Notes under the pieces: model-generated
What the model was told of the DNA's origin: nothing
The model's input: the letters and a program-made list of their open reading frames with translations, nothing else
The model's database searches: none
Part shown: positions 1 to 14,704 of the stretch, in pieces
Layout of the letters: every line of letters begins with the position of its first letter
Numbering within the stretch: position 1 is the first letter of the stretch
Translations under genes and position numbers: made by a program
Origin: Chrysomallon squamiferum
Taxonomy: Eukaryota; Animalia; Mollusca
Direction of reading: 5' to 3'
Length of the DNA: 64,000 nucleotides
Assembly (NCBI GenBank): GCA_012295275.1
Contig: CM022671.1
Coordinates: 24,428,001-24,492,000, forward strand

Positions 1-1196
1 TTGTTCCAGATTCCCCAAAATAAAATGTAGCCTTTCTGTATTCAGTTCAAAAGGTTTCAGCGGCAGAAAGTGTGTGTTCAGTGTTTTATTTATTCAGAGC
101 AGGGTTGGAGTTTAATGCTATCTGTAGTGGAGAGGTGATGGTCTACTTTTAGAAATGTAGGCTACTTGGGCGTGTTTCGATACTGTTTTCTTTCTAATCA
201 AACCCTGTTGGTGGAATAAGGTAATTAGGCTACGACTACTGATAATGTGGATATAAAACGTATGTCTCTGCGAGATAATTGTTAGCTTGTATTTCATGTA
301 TAATTTAGTCAAACAAGTCATACGTCGGGGTTTGCTAGCTCTATTGTTAGGATGTTTTATGGAAAAATGTTTATGGAAATTTTTAAAAAAAAAGGAATTT
401 TAGAAAAGATAATTCGAATTAGGAACTATTTTAGAAACAAATCTAAAATGATAAAAATTTTTTTAAAAAATTAGTTTTGGGAATATTGTTTTATAAATTT
501 CATTAAATAAAAAAAAAAAATAATAATAATAAAGGAAAATAATGACAAAGACGATTTAAAATACAAGAAGAAACAAATTTGAATGACTAGAAAAAAAAAA
601 AAAATATATATAGCTTTGGGAAAAAAAACACAAAATAAAAATAATTGAAAAAACAAAAACAAAAAAACCAAATAAATAATTAAACAAATAAACGAACAAA
701 GAACCAAACAAACAAACAAATAAATAAATAAATAAAGAACTGACTACTATTACGTAATTTGAAGAGTTTTCTAGTATTTTAGAAAACAATTTTTTACTGT
801 TGTTATTCCCATTTCTTGGTCGTGCTGCCAAAGTATCTGAAAAAACCCCAAAAGTGCAATTATGAGTCATTGTCGTCATCTGTATTTAACATTCCAGACT
901 CGTTACTCTGGATTGTATTAGATACAAACATGTAGCAAACACTGTGAATCAAGCTGCGGTATGTATGTACATAATAACTACAAAGTATTTGTAAATATAT
1001 AAACAAGACCCTAATTATTCTAACAAAAAGAGATACAGTATTATGTTGTGATGCCCAAGGCTTTTTATTTGAATTTTACGATATTTTCAAGTTGGAATCA
1101 GTTGCTAATAATAAAACACACCCACACACACACACACATACATACAACCCATCAAAAACAACAAAAAAAAACCCCACAAAAAACATGGTTTTTACA

Positions 1197-1249
<53 letters not shown>

Positions 1250-2709
1250 TGCTGTCGTTGATGTCGTTGTTCGTGTTGTTTGGTATTTGGTGAAGTTTAG
1301 TAAAAAAAAAAAAACGTAATGATTCATCAGATCTTTGTTGTAACTGTTGTACTTGATAAAACAGGTTCAAATACCACTCCTTATCTTCTTGGCAAATAAA
1401 TCTGTTTTCTGAACTTATGAACACTGATATATAACATTAAAAATAAAGAGTGAAAAAAAAATATATATATATATACCCAATATTTCACGTATACCTTCAT
1501 GTTCTGATTCCATATTTTATATTTGTGTTATTCATTTATCTTTTCTTTTGGCTCTTTTTCCTTTTTTTTTTTTTTTTTTTTTTGTTTTTGTTCTTCTTCT
1601 TCTTCTTCTTCTTTTCTTCTTCTTCTTTTTCTTTTCTTCTTCGTCCATAAGGTTGTGATTATGATTATGATTATGATTATTATTATATTTATTTATTTAT
1701 TTATTTATTTTATTTATTTATTTATTTGTTGATTTGTTTGCAACACTCTGGTAAGAAAAGGTTACCTCATTGACGCCAGAGAGACATTCTAGTTACCTAC
1801 AGACTTAGATTAATAAGAAAGTGACCAAAGTGTTGCCAAGCAGACACATGTTGCTATGGTGTTAATTAGTATCCCAGATTCCATGCAGCATGCGACAAAG
1901 AAACGATTCGAGAGCAAAGCAAACAAGCATTCCGCAGAGCTGGAAGACATCAGCGTGGTTTACTGGCGTGGTTTAGATCTACGTGTGTTTCCTTGTTTGT
2001 CTTTAATAAGAAGATTTCACAGTGGTTTAACTTGTATCTGTGGGACACTGATTTACACTGGCCTATGACAAACAGTTCTCATTGCCTTTTTTATTTCTGT
2101 AATTGTATTTTTGGTACTCTCTCTCTCTCTCTCTCTCTCTGTGTTTCATATTCATTCAATCACTTTTTTTCTTGTTTTTCACAAGAGTGAGTAAAAAGCC
2201 CTGCTATTCCAGAAAATATATGAGAAAATAGTGATTGATTTGTACCATGTGCTTTAAACATGTTTGTACGTCATTTATAATTCTTTCTGAAAATAAGAAC
2301 CCCCCCAAAAAAACAAAAAAAAACGTAGCTATTTATAACTTGAATTCTAATTTTTTACTACGGTTTCCTTTTCCTTCCGCGTTTTTTTTTTTTTTTTTTT
2401 TCTTGTTATAATTATTAAGCCACTTTCAAATTATTTATCTTTGCAATTTTTTATTTTATTTTTGTATCAATCCCCTATGTATGTATCTACGTATGTATCC
2501 ATATATGTGTTTGTATATATGTATGTATGTGGGTGTACATCTATATCTATCTATTATCTATCTATCTACATATGTGTGTATGTGTGTTTGTGTGTGTTGA
2601 TATGTATGTAGTGTTGATATGTATGTATGTATATGTATATATGTACCTTTATACGTACATCTGTATAGGTATGAGTGTTGTTGTATGTATGTGAATATAT
2701 ATACATGTA

Positions 2710-2835
<126 letters not shown>

Positions 2836-4652
2836 TGTATGTACATGTGTTATTTATTTCGTCGCCCCTCCTGTGATTATTTCCCAGGCTAATGAAAACG
2901 GCTGAGATGTCAATCTGACGAGATATCTGAGTGTGTTAAACCAGGTGGAGACGTGCGTGAACTTTGTCATTTTCTTCTTTCTGCTGCCAGCGTCTGTTCC
3001 CTTCACCTGTGTGAAAATGGCATCAGTTTCCTCAGCTCGCACCTGTTCCGTTCACCTATCTTCTCCTCCGTGAATTCTATCACCAGTGACTGTGTACTCT
3101 GCCTTTCAGTGGCGCTGGTATTTAGTGTATCACCAATTAGAACGTTTAAGACTAAATTCGGTGAAACAGATTTGTGTTTCTCAGTCAAGGAAATATTGAC
3201 TTTCAAAACGAGATTGTATTATTTTTATTAGATCTGGCTGCTGTGTTAAGTTTGATGACTGATTTTTTTTTTTAAATTCTGGTATATATAATCATCAAAA
3301 ATATTAAGGGGAAAAAAAAAAGGAGAATCCGCTATCATTATAGTGGATATATCTCTCCAGATTAATGGTTTCTTTAGCAAGAGTAAACCTCATCATAGTA
3401 CTTATACATTCTGTTTTTCCTATTTCATGCATCTTTGTTTACATCATTCATGCTGTCAATTCTGTTTTATCTTCTTTCAGACACGAATGTTTATTTTTAA
3501 TGTTTTTTAAATATTTTTCTTATTATGTAACCACTACCTTTTCTGCCAGTGTCATAATTTCATAAATAATTTTACATTTTTATCAGATTTCCTATGCACA
3601 CATACACTCACGTTAATCTACATATAAGTTATTTTATTGTGTTTGTAAACTGCAATCATTTTTAACTTTTCAAATCGATATTATTCTCAGTATTCATTCG
3701 GTTGTTTTAGATTTTTCTTCACGAGTTGGTCTCAGGATAATTCATAATCAGTTGTACTGAAAAGCTTGTAAATATATTAGGTTAGATACAGGTTTTATAA
3801 TGTTAGCTTCAAGGACTAGAACATGTGTTTAAAAGATTTCCATTACATCATAAATCATGTTACTTGTATCAGAAAAGGTCAGAAATTCTCTGTCTGGTTT
3901 GTGCAGATAAAAAGGCCAAATCTTCACCTTCTAATAATCAGGTGTTACATGCATAACCATCTTTTTTTTTTCTTCTCCTCAACACTGCATAGGGACATTC
4001 CCCTCACTGACGCAAAGAATCTCGGGAAGGGGTCTACGTGACTGTATGCATTTAGCCGTCTGAAAAACTTGCTCAGCAAAAAAAAAATGTAAATTCATCA
4101 TTATCATCAACTACAACATTAAAATTTAATAATAATAATAATAATAATAATAGACACCGAAAAAAAAAGAAGAAAAGAATAGTATTTAATAAAGAAAAAA
4201 GAAAGCAAAATTGGCAAACGCCCTACCTGTTTTGTAAAATATGAAATTGTCAAATGTGTTTCAGTGATATACCACACGTGTTCTGCTTCAGGGGAGTGAT
4301 ACAAATGAAACAGAAACATGCATATAATCTACTTCTTTTTTTCCCCTTTGCAGTTAGCAGATCTGATATTTTTTGTTTGATCTCCGAGACCGCCCTTCAT
4401 TTCTCATATCTCATGTCCAGATGTCCGATTACTTTCAGAAGATTTGTGTTGGCTTCCTCAGAAATATCCCTCGGATAACACTAAACAACCACCACTCGAG
4501 TTATCAGAATCCGCGATGAGTCTATTTACATTTATTCTTTCAAAATCTGTTCCTGACACTGTTATTAATTTGTAAATACTACCTGAAGGCAGGTTTTGTA
4601 TTAAAATGTATTAGAATCTTTTTTTTTCTGTGTCCCTGCTTTATAAGCTTGA

Positions 4653-4785
<133 letters not shown>

Positions 4786-6289
4786 ATCTTTCTCACTATC
4801 TCTCTTTTTGACTGTTAACAACACAAGTTCGGAATCTGTGGGCACTTCTTAACAACCACGTCAATCTTCCCATGAATACGAAAACACGCAAGTCAGCATA
4901 AATTTATAAATATACACATGCACAATCATAAATGTTGGCCCAGTTACATGATTTTATAAATAACATACCCAGGCATACGCACATAATAAAATAATTATGT
5001 AAATATATTCATTGGAAACATTAAACAGATATTAATAAATTACAACAGTGATGAATCTGTTTTGTTTTAACACGTGTTTTTAATGCTGGTCCGTTAAGGT
5101 GTGAACCTTTTAAAAGTGATAAACAAGTCAAAACGTAAAAGTTCAAGAAGAACGTACTGAATCTATACACTATGATTACTAACACCTGCTAGAGAACTAA
5201 CTGATCCTTTAAAATCTGAACTTAAACTAGAATATTCAGTACTTAATCTTTTTCTTCTTTTTTTTTTTTTTTTTTTTTCATAAATATATACTCAGTGAAC
5301 TGTTCATTTCACATCGTCATTTATATAAAAAAAATTTTTTATCTTAAACGTGCACAATCACATTTATGTAATTCAGCCATTATTTCAAGAGCTTTTGAAA
5401 GCAAAGATCCAGTGTCTTGTTAAAAAAAAAATGTCATAGATTGTGAAAGAATTTATTATTCAAAATCTAACAGTAAAATAAATACACGTTACATGTAATC
5501 TAAGAAGGTCTTTGTGTTTGGAAGTAGATAAATTCATAAATGAACTGATAAAATCGACTGTTCCTTCTAGTAACGCTACTCCGTTTTAAGTGTTTTTGTA
5601 TTTAATTTACAAGACTTATTGTGCAGACTTTCTTTTCTAAAAACAGATTCGGACCATTCAGCAATTTTACAAAGTAATTTCTGGCGGCTTCCAGATATTG
5701 CTAATAATAATAGTTTTTAAAAAACAACTGCTCGTGTCTGTGCATGAATGCTGACATTGAAAACTATTATAAATGAAGTATAATAACACGTCTGTCTAAA
5801 CGCTGTTTTTGTTTTCATGGAGCCAGATACTGTGTACATTTACAGAGATCAAATCAAACTGAAACCAACACAGAAGTCTTTTTTTCCCTACTCAAAATTG
5901 GTGCAACATTAGCGATAACTGAAAGTTTTCTTGATAAAAGTCTTCATTTTTTTTCTTTTGATGTATTTTGGTTGTTTCACTGCAGTAATATATACTGGAA
6001 TTTATGAATTTTTGAAGAAAATATTATACATACAAATATTCATAACACATTCATCTTCATTTCATTTATTTAGTTATGTGCATATTTTGTTATTTACAAA
6101 CCTTCGTGTATGTACATATGGATATATATTATATTCTTGATTTTTTTCGTTTTTGTCTTGAATTTAAATTTGTTCAGTATCAGTGCATTTGTTAATATAA
6201 AGATATTTGAAATAACTACCCAAAATGTGTGTGTTCGTGTGTATGTGAAAGACTAACCAGAATTCTAATGCTTGAAAATGAAAAACTCA

Positions 6290-6404
6290 AATACTTGAAG
6301 CCTTCTTATTTTAAATTTGAAAATTCAAACCGTTTCAAACACGTGTTACTTTGAAATTCAAAAATCAACCGTTTGAAGGACGTATTTTTTTTTGAATTTG
6401 AAAT

Positions 6405-6448
<44 letters not shown>

Positions 6449-6520
6449 TGTCTGTTATCTTGAATTAAAAACATCTACAGTATTTGAAAAAACTAGCCGT
6501 TATTTTCAAATTTAAAAACA
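6290..6520. repeat. Degenerate ~40-bp tandem repeat interrupted by poly-A
   Basis: Recurring TT(T)GAAATT(C/T)AAAA.TCAACCGTTT(G/C)AA units. Confidence 0.5.
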
Positions 6521-7513
6521 CCAGCGTCATCTACGATGATTCATGCCAGACCTAATTCCTGTAAATTCGTTTCAAGATTATAAACAAGTTGGCCATTATC
6601 TTAATGTTGAGCCACCTATCTCGCGATTCCTGTATCGTGCTTATCTCGTGAACTAGGAATCATCTTGAGGCAAGCTGCTCGTCTGTATGCCACGGGTCCC
6701 TCAAAACACACATTAATTGTGACCTGGCACACAGATTAGATTAAACTCTTCCCCATCCCCCACCCCTCGACGCCTTTGCTTCATCCTCTGTGATGTTTAT
6801 AACGTGCAAACGTCTACAGTCATAACTGACATTTATCAGAGGAAACCATATCGAGACAGCCATATTGGATGAGTTCAGAATTTTTTTTTTTTATCTGCCG
6901 GCCGTGATATCTGACGTCTTCAGAACTTTTCTGCAGATGCGATTGTCGATTGGAAGGAACAGGAAGGGTAAACAAGTAACTGGAGACTTGAAACGTTTTC
7001 GTTTTGTTGGACATAGCTGAGAACTGAGTTTGGAGTCGCAATACTTTCATTCTTTGTCTATCTCGAGTTTGTTTAACTGTTTTTACTCCTTTTTTCTTTT
7101 TTCTTTTGGGAAACAGTTATTTGTTGTTAAGAGCTGCTCACTTCAAATTATCGTTCAGTTCTCGCTTGTTCTTTATTTCTTTTTTACCGTTAAGAATCAG
7201 TCGCTGTTTGTTGCGTAATTCAACTAATTGACCTTTCTTGCTGGATACTCCCGATTACACTCTGTTAACCGTCCCAGAAGTTTCAAATTTATTTTGGACT
7301 TACGACTTAAGTGTTCGTTTCTAACGTACACAACAACGTCAAGTGGTTAACATTACACGAAGATTCTGCAGGCTGTGTAGATCGTTCTTCTGAATTCTGA
7401 ATAAAGAAATAATTTACCTGTGTTCGCAAACTTTATCTTACTCTTTCCTGGAATAAGTACATTTCCAGCTGAAGTATTTATCTCCACATGCTGGTTAACC
7501 AAACACCATCCAA

Positions 7514-7572
7514 ATGCCTACCGGAGATCTAATGGACGATACAGATTTGATTGCTAAAATCGGAAGGAAAAG
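7514..7572 (+). CDS. Probable first coding exon of the TRIM gene (MPTGDLMDDTDLIAKIGRK-R)
   Basis: ATG at 7514, open to AG|GTGGGT donor (phase 2). This matches the phase-2 acceptor ttaacag|G at 14704/14705 and gives continuous ...KIGRKRYRRRLERERYY. Confidence 0.65.
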
Positions 7573-8289
7573 GTGGGTGAATTTTCATGTAAAAATGACG
7601 GCAGATATTACATATAAAGCGACAAGTTATCTGAAATTACGTCTCAGCTGATACTTATATGGAAATATGCTGATGTATTTTAAAATTCCATTTTATGCAT
7701 GTATTCACATATATGCCTCAAAAATGTGTTATATAGTCGTTGAGTAAATGCAGAAAAATGTTAAATATTCTTTTATAAATGTGTCGTCATTTCAGGATAC
7801 CAAATACTGTTTCATTATCTTCATCGTCTTCTATTTTTCACTGCTTCATTTATTAATTCTATTTTATTATTTTGACTGAAAAAATATATATATTTTGTTT
7901 TTCAAGACAATAAACCGTATTTATAACGTTATTATATTTATAGAACTATTCTGTGCTTTTCTGCTTCGCAGTTGTTAAATGTATTAATTAAAGGAGATGT
8001 AGCACGGAACACAGGTGTTTAAACAATCGTCGTGTTCGTTCACTCGCACTGCTGGAAATTCTGCGGTCAAATGAAAACGCTACATCGAGCGTAGAATGAT
8101 TGATTCGATTTTGAATCAAAATATATCTAGCATGTAGAAGAATTACATATCTATGTTAAAAACTCTTGGAATGTGTAGAAGAATTATATATTTGTGTTAA
8201 ACAAATACTGAACATATTACGTGGTAAATGAGTAAAACAATGCATCTGTTTTAAATGTTAGTTGTTATTTTGACCGTAAATAATTTTTG

Positions 8290-8324
<35 letters not shown>

Positions 8325-9283
8325 GAAAACGGTGAGAAATGGATAAAAATGCTTGGAGTGTATCCAAGAATGAGGTTTACCCTTCTTTGAAAATGATTAA
8401 TTGTTTGTGATGATATATACCCTTCAGTAAACTTCTTTTTTTTTAGTATTCTTTTATTCTAATACTGATCAATCAATCCACCAAGGTGAACTTTGATACG
8501 TATTCTGGCATCGGTAAGGAAAAATACGCAGGCAAAGTTGAAGGTGGTGCAATGTACGAGTCATTGACGTTCTGTTATTTACTTGATTTTTCCTTTTAGT
8601 TAGCTGAATCCAACCGCTGCGTTGCTCCCCTCCCAGCCAGCACTTAAGCACAAACTTTGCCTATGACAGAGGTGAGGAGAGGCTAATTTGTAGAACTCGT
8701 CCATGACGTGTTTTGAGTTCGTTACTTCACAGACTTAATTCATAAACCAAAGCTTCTGCAGCAATTGCATCTTTGACAGTTTATCGTCTGGTAAAACGGC
8801 ACGCCTTTCATTTACCAAAAGATAAAAGAGAAATGTATCTAAATATCTTTCATCAGTATCTAGACTAGTTCCAAGTTTCGTCCCAGGCATAACTCTTCAA
8901 AAGCGATGCTACATCATAGTTAAATACGACACTAAGAGTTTCAAATTACAGACATTTTTAAAGAGGAAAAATATATGAAAGATTAGAAAGATTAAGGAAT
9001 CTCTTTAATGGGTTTATTTTATGCATCTTGAAAACCACTCCCTGGGAAACATGGAAGATATTAAACCATTTATATTATTCGTATGCTTGTTTTAAACTTC
9101 TTTGAAAATTACAAAACAGAATGTAGCCAGTTGAATACATTATTTATATTACTCTGGAGTTTGTTTAAGGAAACTGGCGGTGCCAGAAAACAAAGAATAT
9201 TTATTTACTTCATTAGGATAAACTGGTATAACATTAAAATCAACAAGTTTGTTACTGTCACTACACTTTCACATCTACTGTCA

Positions 9284-9287
<4 letters not shown>

Positions 9288-9361
<74 letters not shown>
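9288..9361. repeat. (CT)n microsatellite
   Basis: Direct reading. Confidence 0.97.
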
Positions 9362-9363
<2 letters not shown>

Positions 9364-9555
9364 TCTGTACCTCAGACCTCTCACATCTTCTTTATATAAT
9401 CAACTATTATAGCTAAAGAATATTTAAAATTTATATTTTAATAAAGAACGTATTATTATATTCTTGCTGTACTGTATTTAAATGCATGTACCTTGATAGT
9501 GGTGTGCATTACAGTAAATCAGGTTTTTATGTACATACATATATACAGTTTTTCA

Positions 9556-9596
<41 letters not shown>

Positions 9597-11182
9597 ATCC
9601 ACATCCCACCGACAGGAAGGCGAATACCAAAGTCTTAATAATATATATATTCCAAATTATTTGTGTCATTGTCTTTTGATATGTATTTATTTATTTTTAT
9701 TCTATTTCATTTTGTCTTGTCTAATTTGTAACTCCGTTATTTTATATGCATATATATGTTTTTCATAAACACAGTCAAACGTGTACATGATGGCCATGCA
9801 TCGACCTGGAAAACATGGTTGTCATAGATAGGTGGATATCATACGTAGGTTGCTAAATTAAAATATGTAATAAACTGGACTCTTCGGGAAACTTTAAAGA
9901 CATGCAGCTTCATACAGAGGTGGCCGCGCGAATTTAGGTTTGTATACGATCTGAAAAAAAGACGTGATAAGCCGCAAATAGAAAAAAAAATGCGAGACGA
10001 TTCACTTAAACACTGAAAGATATATCTGTCATGTTTTTATCACAGTCAGATTTCAGCATCACCTGCGCAGGAAGTCTCATGATATTTGTTTTTAAACAAA
10101 CCGGTCACAAGTTGCATAAAAATCACCAGTTAGATAAGCAAAAAGTCTTTGCTTCAAATACATCAGATACGGCTATTCAACCGAAACAGAAAACTTACCA
10201 TGGGAATTTCTGTAATAAACACATTAACAATTATCTGCGGCAGTTTAAGTCAATTCAGAAAGCCCCCAGCGTAATGTTCTAACAGACTGAACCGGTACTA
10301 ATTCGAACTTTAATATTATTATATATATTTTTTAAAAACATTATTAACTTAATAAAGTAATTTCGTTTCACGGGATATTTAAAAATAATGTTTTCCTGAA
10401 GTATTAAATCAATTCAGAATCACCAAGATGGCTGTTTTGCATTTGATTTTATTATATTTTCTCTGAAAGTCAGACGTGTGGCGCCAGAACATCTCAACGA
10501 TTCATTTGAATCATTTGATAGTCGTGAATCATTCTCCTACGAAGCTGCTTGCATTCTTCGCATGTGGCCATCACAAAACGAATCCATAAAGGCAACGAGA
10601 AGCTACTTCAGTGGCAGAACTCTGCGTAACGCGTGAGTGGTAGAGAAACAATCCTCCTCAGAGCTTCCATTGGCTACTTTCCCATTCCAAACTGTGTTCC
10701 TGACTGGTATATTATTAAGACTTTGGTATTCGCCGGCCTGTCGATGGGAAGATGAAAATATTCTTTTTTGTTTTTTTCTTTAATCGAAAAAAAAAAAAAA
10801 AAAAAATAGACCTCGCGATATGGCAAATAGTTTCTGTTTCTTTTATGTCTTGTATTTATCATAATTATATATGATGTTACGAAACACATGTATTTATTTA
10901 TTTATTTATAATAAAATGTTTGAGAATATCGTTCAATATAAAAGTTTCATTTCTTCCAGACTGTCTTTACAGTGATGTTTGCATATAATGAACTTTTGAG
11001 ATTTTCTTATATCTTGTTTTAATTGGTCTGATGGTATAATTTTTGTTTGTTTGTTTGTGGGTTCTTTTTTTAAATTATTGTTGCTATTAAGATTATTATT
11101 AGTAGTATTAATATTAGTAATAGTAGTAGTAATATTTGTAGTAGTAGTATTTATTTAATTGTTTTATTTTATTTTATAATTT

Positions 11183-11214
<32 letters not shown>

Positions 11215-11716
11215 TATTTATTTATTTATTTTTGAAGAACAGAAATTAACTGCTATCGAGACTGGTGCAAATCAATCACACGTTTTTAGTTATTACAGGT
11301 ATTCAAAATAGCATCATATCTGATTAATTGATTTAAAAAATAATAAAAAAAAAAAATCAAAACAACAACAACAACAAGGTTACTGTTTTCTGAAAACATA
11401 TTTTATTGTTAAATGATGTTAAGGTGAGAGAATAAAAAAATGTATAACACGACTGCTAGGAAAACATTCCACAAATGCCACCCTTCCAGGATTGGGTGAC
11501 GTTTGATTCAACCTTTGTCTTACATCATTTGTCCTTGATATCAGTCTGATTTTCAAGCTGGGGAAAGTCAGTATTTGCTCTGGTGTTTTCTTTGGCTAGC
11601 GGTTTGACGATTATTAGTCTTCTTAGATCGTCCACTTCATCTTTCCTAATATGTATTTCTGTGTTTCTATTGTCGATTGTTGCTGGATGAAGTCACGAAA
11701 GACTGTGTTGATGTTA

Positions 11717-11882
<166 letters not shown>

Positions 11883-13186
11883 TGAATATTAGCTGTTGGT
11901 GTCAGTGTTAGTGGATTGCACGTGCGTTTGGGATTGATTGTGTGGTTGCTAGGTGTTAATTTGTTTAAACCTACACAGTGAATGAATTTCTTTATTCTTT
12001 ATTTTCAATAGTAAACTGCTTGACTGCTATTAAAGTTGTTCAGTATTTTCAACACCCGACTGGAGCTGTTCATTAACTGTCATCATAACAGCAAATGTGG
12101 AATACTTTGAAAAGAGTAACATATTTTACTGATAAAATCAAGTTTTAATAATTTATGAAGACATATGCCAAGAAAGTTAACTTTTAATTTAATTTTAGTG
12201 TTTTGCATGATAATGTTTGTTTTGCTTTGTTTTGTTCTCCTTTTTTGTTTGTTGTTGATGTTGGAAATTTTTTTTGTTCTTTTTTTATTTATTATTATTT
12301 TTTTTTTTAGGGCTGTTATCTTTTAAACCAATTAGTCACATATGACGCTATCTTGAGTACCTGTAATTAAATTAAAAACATATAAGTGCAGCAAGGTAAC
12401 GCTTCTATCTCAGCAGAGGAAAATTACCTTTACAAAAAGTGAAGGGCAAAAAATGCGAAATCATCCAAATTTAGCTTTCGGTTACTCCATGCAGCAGTGA
12501 AGTATAGATGTGAAAGTTTACTTGTTTTGTTCAAATTGTTTCAAGATGACTCATTCTAGCTCTAATAATAAGAGAAACAAATTTCTTTTTCTTTCAGTTT
12601 TACTTTTATCTGTGGAATCGTTCTTCATAATTTGTTTGAATATGAATACTCTTATTCAAAGATATCTCACCTAACACTCAACAGATAGGCTGTGCAGATT
12701 GTTACCCGCCCCTCTGATCGTCTGCTCGTTTGATTAAATAAACATGGCCGCCATATCTTTCGCATTCGTAGGTTCTTGTCACTCCTTTGATACGTAGTTT
12801 CTGACGTCAGTGCACCAAATATCATCTGTTGCCAGAGTTACCGATAACGTCTGCTTCTGCGGTCCATAAATAGACCAACGAAACCCCTGTCAGTCATTCA
12901 TGAAAGAACTCTGTGTTCTGAGAATTTTCCACTTCATATACATACATACATAAGTACATTCACATTTTTTTCATATACATACATACATAAGTACATTCAC
13001 ATTTTTTACAACACATATATCGACCCATATAAACATAAATACACAATACAGACAGACAAGACATAATACACACATACGTACATACGTACATTCAAATAAT
13101 ATGTTTTCATGACACGACCTAGATAGATACTTAGATACACACACACACATATATATACATACATACATACATACATACATACATAC

Positions 13187-13920
13187 ATTTGAATGACATG
13201 AAGTAAATAAAGACCTAGGTGAACACATTTCTACTTGAGTTAAATTACAACATTTTATTGAGAACGCGTAATTAGACAAAAAGTTCTTCTTCCTCATCCG
13301 TGAGATATTCCTTCTTCCAGGATATGAATCATTGCAAATCATTCCGTGTGAACTGACTTTCTGAAAGAGAGGCAGCTTACAAAAATAGATGCACGCATGA
13401 ATGACGAAAGACAAATAGAACGGCGTGCTTCAAGGGAAACGCTGATTACCCTCGGTTTTTTTTTTTTTTTTTTTTTTAGCAACGTTTCTTAAGGTTGTCT
13501 TGATGGCCTAACGGTAACGTCGTCCGCCTTCGGAGTGCGGACTAATGGACGCCATACGTTCGAGTCTCGTAAGGTGCATCTGACACGATTTGTGATGTTC
13601 TGACTGAACTTTTATCCTCCTGTGCCAATTCGTTCCCTAATATTGTCTATGGGAAAGTCTAATCAGATACTAATATGATAGAGAATGTTCAAATCCAAAA
13701 ATACGTACATACGTATATTTGAATCACATAAAGCAAAAAACAAAAAAAAAATAATAATAAAAACAGAGAGCCTAGCTGAAAAAATTCTACTGGAGTTAAA
13801 TTACAATATGCCAAGACAGGAAGTTCTTCTTCCTCACCTGTGAGATATTCCTTCCTTTCAGGATATGAGTCACTGCAAATGATTCCGTGTGAACTGACTT
13901 TCTGAAAGAGAGGCAGCTTA
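13187..13920 (+). repeat. Direct duplication of about 200 bp in the TRIM intron (13187-13379 and 13717-13920)
   Basis: Shared AAGTTCTTCTTCCTCA..GTGAGATATTCCTTC..CAGGATATGA.. and an identical ATTCCGTGTGAACTGACTTTCTGAAAGAGAGGCAGCTTA. Confidence 0.9.
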
Positions 13921-14704
13921 TAAGTCATTCCGAAGAAAATATTCACTGAAAGTGAATCATGATTTTGGTTCAGTTACAAAAATCTTTGTTTCATAGTTTT
14001 GATGTATGTCTTTCTCACCTGCCGATTTTCCACACCTAACTACTTAACTGCATTTCCACAGACAGCTGTTTCACATGATTTTATCTTGTTGTTACGTAAT
14101 CATTCTGCCACTTGCTCTTTGAGATAATAAACATGATGATGTATTAATTTATTTTTGTTTAGATAAATGATAAGATGCTGGAATCAAAACTGATGTATTA
14201 TGTTTTCGAAATAAATAGGTTTACAAAACTTCATTAATTTATTTACAAAAATGTTTGCAGATTTGATACCTACATAAAACGGAGAGGAATGCATGGATAT
14301 ATCTATGTGCAAGTATATCCATATCTATAGTGTATCCGTATCTATAGAGATTTATTTAAATTTTTATATTTACATTTATATTTTATATTTTATATTTATA
14401 TTTATATATTTATTTCAACACATATGTGTGTGTGTTTATACTGTTTTTCTGCACTAAATCTTTTCCTAGTGTTTTTTGCACTTATTTGACACACTTTGTT
14501 TTGCATTTTAAATAATAATAATAACAATAATAATAATAACAATAATAATAATAATAACAATAATAATAATAATAATAATAATAATGGCGATGATGATGAT
14601 GATGATGATTACGACGACGATAATAATAAAAATGAACATTGTCTATGTAAATATAAATTACTATTAAAAATGTATCTTTACGGATTATTTTCCTATGTTA
14701 ACAG

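Noticed and set aside
1-720. Possible coding or mitochondrial-like segment at the window start
   Set aside because: No recognisable product in the listed ORFs; it grades into ragged homopolymers that suggest low-quality sequence.
14496-14704. Poly-Asn/poly-Asp N-terminus of the 603-aa ORF
   Set aside because: (AAT)n/(GAT)n intronic microsatellite upstream of the acceptor at 14704; the ORF start is TTG.
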